In this document: one piece after another, positions 47,301 through 50,826 of the stretch | How positions within the stretch are numbered: the first letter of the stretch is position 1 | How the letters are laid out: each line of letters begins with the position of its first letter | From: an uncultured bacterium | GTDB taxonomy: Bacteria > Patescibacteriota > Minisyncoccia > UBA6257 > 2-01-FULL-56-20 | Direction: 5' to 3' | Length of the DNA: 50,826 nt | Assembly: GCA_963844965.1 (NCBI GenBank) | Contig: CAWJQC010000002.1 | Span: 1 to 50,826, forward strand | Notes under the pieces: model-generated | What the model saw: the letters and a program-made list of their open reading frames with translations, nothing else | Told to the model about the DNA's origin: nothing | The model's database searches: none | Translations under genes and position numbers: made by a program

Positions 47301-48175
47301 TAGGCGTTTTGGCCGCCCAGTCCATCGGCGAACCGGGGACGCAGCTTACGATGCGCACTTTCCACACCGGCGGTATTGCCGGAGTGGATATTACGCACGG
47401 TTTGCCCCGCGTTGAGGAAATATTTGAGGTGCGGCCTCCGAAGGGTAAGGCGATTTTGGCACCCGTAGACGCCACGGTGGAAAAAATCGAGGAAAGGGGC
47501 TCGATCAAGGTTATCAAGCTGATTCCGAGTGAGTCCAAGTCAAAGCAAAAATCCAAGTCCAAGACACTTGACTTCAGCGTTCACCGCTCCGCCCTCGTTT
47601 ACATTAAGGCCGGTGATAAAATAAGCAAAGGCGAGCAGCTTTCCGAGGGCCACTTGGACCTCCGCGAACTTTTGGCGCTCAAAGGCGTTTCCACCGTTGA
47701 GCGTTACATCATCAACGAGGTTCAGAGGATTTACATGTCCGAAGGCGCGTCAATAAACAACAAGCATATTGAGGTCATAATCCGCCAGATGTTCTCGCGC
47801 GCGAGGATTAGGGATTCCGGAGACGCCGAAGATTTTGTGATGGGAGAAATAGTTGAGAAAGACAAGGTTTTGGAGGAAAATCGTGAACTTAAGAAGCAAG
47901 GTCTGCGTCCGGCCAAAGCCGACGAAATGCTTTTGGGAATTACGCGGGTCGCGATCTCGGCGGAAAGTTTCCTCTCGGCGGCATCCTTCCAGGATACGGC
48001 GCGGGTGCTCGTTAAGGCGGCAATCGAAGGGAAAGTTGATCTCCTGCGTGGCCTTAAAGAGAACGTTATTATCGGCCGCCTGATTCCGACCGGTCCGATA
48101 AGAGACGAAACGCCGCCGGAAGCGAAAATTGAAGAGACATCTCGGGGCGAGGCAGGAGTGGCGGGAGAAGTATAA
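41372..48175 (+). CDS. rpoBC: DNA-directed RNA polymerase beta-beta' fusion (rpoB and rpoC in one 2267-aa ORF)
   Basis: rpoB motifs ([50 protein letters not shown]) continue without a stop through ...[55 protein letters not shown] into rpoC motifs ([35 protein letters not shown]). Confidence 0.85.
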   Translation: MARLIFLNFVPAIFGMPKFLPVKNFAKSKTLLAPFNLNETQLKSYEWFLKKGLRELLDEISPIYDHTGKELELNFKNYHFDEPKYDEATARYKDATYEAALRVELELIYKRTNRKEKQEVYFGDFPVMTSRGTFIINGVERVVVSQLIRSAGVYFTSVPWRGRQLFGAKIIPNRGAWLEFETDVDGGIGVKIDRHRKVAVTELLRIFGASNDDIGSRFSDIDRGQVKHIEATLKKDVAKDADESYMEIYRRLRPGDPATPATAKSLIDAMFQRADRYDLSTVGRFKVNQRLNFDKSKENRLLDSEDIIAIVREIISLNNNPRAQADDIDHLGNRRLKAVGELLQGRLRIGLARLRRIIQDRISTEDKEKVMPAQLVNFRPVSAVIKEFFASSQLSQFMDQVNPLAELEHKRRISALGPGGLTRERASFEVRDVHRSHYGRICPVQTPEGANIGLINYLASFTRINDFGFLETPYIKVVDGGVTGDVVWLDGLEEEKYRITHAGTPRDADGKLQGSVVEARIYGQPGTCTPSEVDLIDVAPNQFVSVATSLIPFLQHDDANRALMGSNMQRQAVVSVRPDVPYVSTGDEEKVAIDSGYVIVAEGDGKIAEVDANHIKVKYARTTKDYVLEKFKRSNQFTCISQRPLVGKDQPIKKGDILVDGPSIENGTLALGQNLLVAFVSWDGANFEDAIVVSERIVRDDLFTSIHIEDFYHDVRDTKLGPEITTPDIPNVSEEKLKNLDEEGIVRIGAEVKSGDILVGKISPKGEAELTSEERLLRAIFGEKARDVKDTSLTLPHGKRGRVVSIKVFDRERGDKLEPGIIKRIQVEVAQLRKVQAGDKLAGRHGNKGVISQVRAIEDMPYLEDGTPVDIVLNPLGVASRMNLGQIFETHLGWAASKLGYRAVTPGLDSASEGDIKEELKKAGLPEDGKVTLFDGRTGKPFDNKVMVGQIYMMKLNHLVEDKAHMRSIGPYSLITQQPLGGKAQFGGQRFGEMEVWALEGYGARHVLQEMLTIKSDDVLGRAAAYESIIRGETIKEPNLPASFGVLVNELKSLGFNIEPVFDSESARRENFRALKISVASPEEILKWSHGEVLKPETINYRTQRPEKDGLFSERIFGPTKDYECYCGKYRRIRYKGVICDKCGVEVTRAVVRRERIGHISLATPVSHIWFLKSVPSRLSLLLDVATPKLERVIYYSAYIVTEVNEELKKQALTELERELKGKLKVGGRDKRTKVELEEAAEVTGSYLKNLRVGQVLTEMEYFNLSRRFGNAFKAASGAESVRKILEGMDLRKEIQKIERELDGAKDPMSQSKLLRRLKMFRSMIKNNSRPEWMVITTLPVLPPDLRPMVALDGGRYATSDLNDLYRRVINRNNRLKKLLEIKAPDIIVKNEKRMLQEAVDALIDNSARFGVQQLSAQRRPLRSLADMLKGKQGRFRQNLLGKRVDYSGRSVIVVGPKLRIDTCGIPKRMALELFKPFVLSEVMKRGLAHNIRSASRFIEEGSDEVWGILEEIIKDRRVLLNRAPTLHRLSVQAFHPILVEGLAIQIPPLVCVAFNADFDGDQMAVHLPLSENAQREAEEIMAAGRNLLKPATGELITTPTQDVVLGIYYLTRAGLESGAKASKAYASYEEAILAHENDYLGLHEPMKFNGMETTLGRVIFNRALQGKVDFVNETMNKKKLSKLIEKVLENHGLDVTRDVLDSVKLLGFDSATRSGITWSMSDLVTPSAKPEVIAESEKEINLIRSQYGEGLLTENERRVRTISVWEKTKEKIAKLVTTAMSPDNSIYQIIDSGSRGSWAQPIQMLGMKGLVANPKGETIELPIKSSFKEGLSVLEYFISTTGARKGTTDTALKTAQAGYLTRRLVDVSQDLIIREEDCRAKEGIEIFREDGKEFNQSFASRLFSRTVLEDIRAGHKIVIRAGEIIDKQTAETIEKSKIESVKVRSPITCRTLYGVCATCYGFDLGNNKPVKIGSAVGVLAAQSIGEPGTQLTMRTFHTGGIAGVDITHGLPRVEEIFEVRPPKGKAILAPVDATVEKIEERGSIKVIKLIPSESKSKQKSKSKTLDFSVHRSALVYIKAGDKISKGEQLSEGHLDLRELLALKGVSTVERYIINEVQRIYMSEGASINNKHIEVIIRQMFSRARIRDSGDAEDFVMGEIVEKDKVLEENRELKKQGLRPAKADEMLLGITRVAISAESFLSAASFQDTARVLVKAAIEGKVDLLRGLKENVIIGRLIPTGPIRDETPPEAKIEETSRGEAGVAGEV

Positions 48176-48259
48176 TAGGCGTCAGGCGTCATGGGTTAAG
48201 AGTCAAGAGATAAAAGGCACGCTTGACGCACGACGCTTGATGCGTGATACTAAAATACC

Positions 48260-48700
48260 ATGGACAATCCAATAACCGAACCAGCGGACAAAAAAAGCTA
48301 TGAGCTGTCTTTTCTCGTGAAGAACGAGGACGACGCCTTGGAAGTCCGGAAATTGGTCGCGCAGCACGAGGCCGAGATCCGCGGAGAAGGGGCCCTTCGG
48401 AAGCTTAATTTGGCCTATCCGATAAAGCATGTGTCTCAGGCGTATTTTGGATTCATGAATCTCGCGGTCCTACCCGCCGATGCCAAATCCCTTGAACGCG
48501 ACTTAAGTGCGAACACCGCGGTCCTTCGCGCTCTGATAATAAAGTTACCCAAAGAGAGGACGGCGGCCGCGGTGATGGATTTCAAAAAATCGGTGAGGCC
48601 GACGGCGCTGAGGAGGCCGCTGAGAACGGAAGTGCCGCAACAGCCGAAACCGCTGAGCAACGAAGCGCTTGAAAAAAAGATTGAAGAGATATTGCAATAA
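48260..48700 (+). CDS. rpsF: 30S ribosomal protein S6 with C-terminal extension
   Basis: YELSFLVKNEDDALEVRKLVAQHEAEIRGEGALRKLNLAYPIKHVSQAYFGFM. Confidence 0.7.
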   Translation: MDNPITEPADKKSYELSFLVKNEDDALEVRKLVAQHEAEIRGEGALRKLNLAYPIKHVSQAYFGFMNLAVLPADAKSLERDLSANTAVLRALIIKLPKERTAAAVMDFKKSVRPTALRRPLRTEVPQQPKPLSNEALEKKIEEILQ

Positions 48701-48706
48701 AAAGTA

Positions 48707-48778
48707 GTTAGTAGGTAGAATGTAGTAGGTGGTAGACTGGGTCGCCTACTACTTTCTACATACTACTTACTACCTACT
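48707..48778. repeat. Imperfect long palindrome built from GTAGGTA-type heptamers between rpsF and ssb
   Basis: GTAGTTAGTAGGTAGAATGTAGTAGGTGGTAGA ... TCTACATACTACTTACTACCTACTAA. Confidence 0.6.
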
Positions 48779-48781
48779 AAA

Positions 48782-49243
48782 ATGAATCTGAACAAAGTAT
48801 TTATCATCGGCCGGGTCACTGCCGACCCGCAGTTGCGGAACACGGCGGGCGGGCAGGCGGTTACGAGCTTCGGCGTGGCGACAAACAGGGTCTGGACGGA
48901 TAAAGCCGGCGCGAAGCAGGAGAGCGCCGAGTTCCACAATGTTGTTGTCTGGGGAAGGCAGGCGGAAGTGGCAACGCAATATTTGGTGAAGGGCAGCGAA
49001 GTTATGATTGAGGGGCGTCTGCAGACGCGCTCCTGGACGGACAAGAACGGTCAGCTGAGAAAAACAACGGAAATAATAAGCGAGCGTCTCCAGCTTGGCG
49101 CGCGTCCGATGGGTTACGCTAAGGGTGGCGGAGCGAAACAGCCACAGCCGCCGGCGGAGGAAATCGTGACTCCGGCCGAAGAAATTCCGACGGTGAACCT
49201 TGATGAACCAGCGGACGTGAAACCGGAGGACCTGCCGTTCTAG
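48782..49243 (+). CDS. ssb: Single-stranded DNA-binding protein
   Basis: OB-fold VFIIGRVTADPQLRNTAGGQAVTSFGVATN...FHNVVVWGRQAE and C-terminal acidic tail ending DLPF. Confidence 0.85.
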   Translation: MNLNKVFIIGRVTADPQLRNTAGGQAVTSFGVATNRVWTDKAGAKQESAEFHNVVVWGRQAEVATQYLVKGSEVMIEGRLQTRSWTDKNGQLRKTTEIISERLQLGARPMGYAKGGGAKQPQPPAEEIVTPAEEIPTVNLDEPADVKPEDLPF

Positions 49244-49252
49244 TGCTTACGA

Positions 49253-49340
49253 AAGTACGAAAACATACGAAATTACGAAAGGCGGCTAATATTCCCTTTC
49301 GTACATTCGTAAAATTTCGTATTTTCGTAAGATAATTTCG
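49253..49340. repeat. Imperfect long palindrome built from TACGAAA heptamers
   Basis: TACGAAAGTACGAAAACATACGAAATTACGAAA .. GGCGGCTAATATTCC .. TTTCGTACATTCGTAAAATTTCGTATTTTCGTAAGATAATTTCGTA. Confidence 0.6.
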
Positions 49341-49341
49341 T

Positions 49342-49506
49342 ATGGCTAAGAAGATAAAAACAATTCTAAAAATCCAGATAGAAGCCGGCAAAGCGAATCC
49401 CGCGCCGTCGTCGCTTCGCTCCTCCTTAAAACCCAGCGGTTTTAATATTTCCGCCACAGGAAAACTCCCGTTTTCCCGACCCCTTTCCCGCGGCGCGGGA
49501 TTGTAA
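49342..49506 (+). other. Degenerate duplicate of the rplK 5' end (first 22 codons conserved, then divergent). Acts as a 54-codon upstream ORF.
   Basis: [22 protein letters not shown] then SSLRSSLKPSGFNISATGKLPFSRPLSRGAGL*. Contains inverted repeat AATCCCGCGCCG / CGCGGCGCGGGATT. Confidence 0.5.
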
Positions 49507-49518
49507 TATATTTTTACG

Positions 49519-49944
49519 ATGGCAAAAAAAATTAAGACAGTACTTAAAATACAAATAGAGGCCGGTAAAGCGAATCCCGCGCCGCCTATCGGCACGGCTT
49601 TGGGCCCACAGGGAATCAACATTCAGGATTTCTGCAAGAAGTTCAACGACATGACGAAAGACATGGCGGGCGACGTTGTTCCCGCGGAAATCACTATTTT
49701 TGAAGATAGAAGTTTTACGTTTAAATTAAAAACTCCGCCGGCGTCAGCTTTGCTCAAAAAAGCCGCCGGTATTGAAAAGGGCTCCGGCGACCCATTAAAA
49801 AACAAAGTGGGGAAAGTTACGCGCGCCGATATCAGGAAAATTGCCGAGCGAAAGATGCCCGATTTGAACGCTAACGACATAGACGCCGCGATGAGAATTA
49901 TAGAAGGCACGGCGCGCAATATGGGAATTGAAATCATAGATTGA
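49519..49944 (+). CDS. rplK: 50S ribosomal protein L11
   Basis: [43 protein letters not shown]. Confidence 0.9.
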   Translation: MAKKIKTVLKIQIEAGKANPAPPIGTALGPQGINIQDFCKKFNDMTKDMAGDVVPAEITIFEDRSFTFKLKTPPASALLKKAAGIEKGSGDPLKNKVGKVTRADIRKIAERKMPDLNANDIDAAMRIIEGTARNMGIEIID

Positions 49945-50076
49945 TTTCGATTCCCATGTTGGGGTAAGGAGGGGTCGGGAGGAGATGGAAATATACTCCC
50001 ATGTAGGAGATTATTCAGAACCGTGGGGTCCCGGAGGAGCGAGTTGCTGTATAGCCCTGCCGGCAGGCAGGGACTC
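49945..50076. repeat. Mini-insertion at the rplK 3' end, with GGGTCGGGAGGAGATGGAAATATACTCCC element and CCTGCCGGCAGG palindrome. Followed by a degenerate direct copy of rplK's last ~30 bp.
   Basis: rplK ends CGCGCAATATGGGAATTGAAATCATAGATTGA. Sequence at 50077-50110 reads CGCGACGGAACATGGGCATCGAAATCGTAGAGTGA. Confidence 0.5.
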
Positions 50077-50119
50077 GCGACGGAACATGGGCATCGAAAT
50101 CGTAGAGTGATTTAAGTTT

Positions 50120-50419
50120 ATGAGAAGAAGACCATTCATATCTACCTCTGGTTTTGAACGAGAAAATAAGCCCGCTTTAATGGAGGTAGGAAAATTTTAT
50201 GACCTAATTCCTCCAGTAGAGGTAGCGTCTGGAAAATTTCATCACGTACAGTGTGAAATGCCGTTTCCCGACGGAATACATTACCGAGTCCAAGGAATAC
50301 CGGAAGGCGGCAATGAAATTAAAAAATTCGTATTAGAATTTGGCCGTGAGGGAATCAAGGTTACTCTATCGGATAAACAAGATTTTGATTCTAAAGGTGT
50401 TGGGGACAGGACAAACTAA
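50120..50419 (+). CDS. Hypothetical protein (99 aa)
   Basis: ORF only. Confidence 0.3.
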   Translation: MRRRPFISTSGFERENKPALMEVGKFYDLIPPVEVASGKFHHVQCEMPFPDGIHYRVQGIPEGGNEIKKFVLEFGREGIKVTLSDKQDFDSKGVGDRTN

Positions 50420-50472
50420 ATATTAACCGCTCGGCGGGATTTTTCTTTTTGAAAGGTGTTAGAATAATAGTA

Positions 50473-50826
50473 ATGCCCGACGATAAGCAAAACATTCTTT
50501 TCCCCGCGCGGAAGCAAAAACCGCTTTTTATAGTTCTTGAGGGCACGGATGGCAGCGGCAAGACGGAGCAGTTCAAGAAGCTCGCTGCGAAACTTATTGC
50601 CGACGATTACGAGATCGCCACTTTTGATTTTCCGCAGTACGACAAGCCGTCATCTTATTTCGTGAAAGAATATCTGAACGGCAGGTACGGCAGCTGGGAA
50701 GAGACCGGGCCTTACAAGGCATCTCTTTTCTACGCATTGGACCGCTTTGACGTCGGCAGGCAGCTCAAAAGCGTTCTCGCCGAAGGCAGAATCGTCATCT
50801 CCAACAGATATGTCGGCTCCAATTTG
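50473..50826 (+). CDS. tmk: Thymidylate kinase, 3' truncated by window end
   Basis: FIVLEGTDGSGKTEQ P-loop, DRF. Confidence 0.8.
   Translation, partial: MPDDKQNILFPARKQKPLFIVLEGTDGSGKTEQFKKLAAKLIADDYEIATFDFPQYDKPSSYFVKEYLNGRYGSWEETGPYKASLFYALDRFDVGRQLKSVLAEGRIVISNRYVGSNL

Noticed and set aside
42235-47562. Numerous 70-320-aa minus-strand ORFs inside rpoBC (for example 45305-46279, 44594-45259, 42581-43279)
   Set aside because: Antisense shadow ORFs within a highly conserved gene. No motifs.

Overview
This 50.8-kb window reads like part of a small, streamlined bacterial genome of the Candidate Phyla Radiation / Patescibacteria type. That placement is an inference from gene content only: a short PheT, an in-frame rpoB-rpoC fusion, many small secreted or TM-anchored hypothetical proteins, and DUF457-like, GIY-YIG and four-helix-bundle genes. 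No database search was run.

Housekeeping genes found: gatC, gatA, murD, pheS, pheT, rpsP, a KH-domain protein, efp, mnmA, a SEDS (ftsW/rodA-like) gene, mltG, a 2267-aa rpoB-rpoC fusion, rpsF, ssb, rplK and a partial tmk.

Accessory content found:
- a Fic protein whose wHTH tail sits in another frame;
- a giant repeat-rich surface protein of about 1660 aa, followed by a peptidoglycan-binding-domain ORF;
- a CAP-domain protein;
- two GIY-YIG mini-nucleases;
- a ~5.8-kb integrated element (large serine recombinase, replication-initiator-like protein, TerS-like protein and secreted Cys-rich cargo) bounded by a 16-bp direct repeat that includes a tRNA-like 3' fragment;
- a tRNA locus in which a complete tRNA(CAT) gene, bracketed by a 14-bp inverted repeat, sits inside the anticodon loop of a second, split tRNA gene.

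The window is saturated with small repeat families:
- G-rich CCCCACCTTTTC..GAAAAGGTGGGG hairpins (terminator-like, some coupled to consensus TTGACA-N17/18-TATAAT promoters);
- GC palindromes CCTGCC(TGCC)GGCAGG(CAGG) inside mini-insertions at gene 3' ends, with duplicated gene termini;
- heptamer-built palindromes;
- short tandem-oligo insertions that stay in frame inside conserved enzymes.

The first ~1.2 kb is a GC-rich, frameshifted oxidoreductase remnant that looks foreign to the rest of the window. At least five conserved genes show apparent single-base frameshifts, so assembly indels versus genuine pseudogenization must be resolved. No rRNA gene and no CRISPR array were seen.
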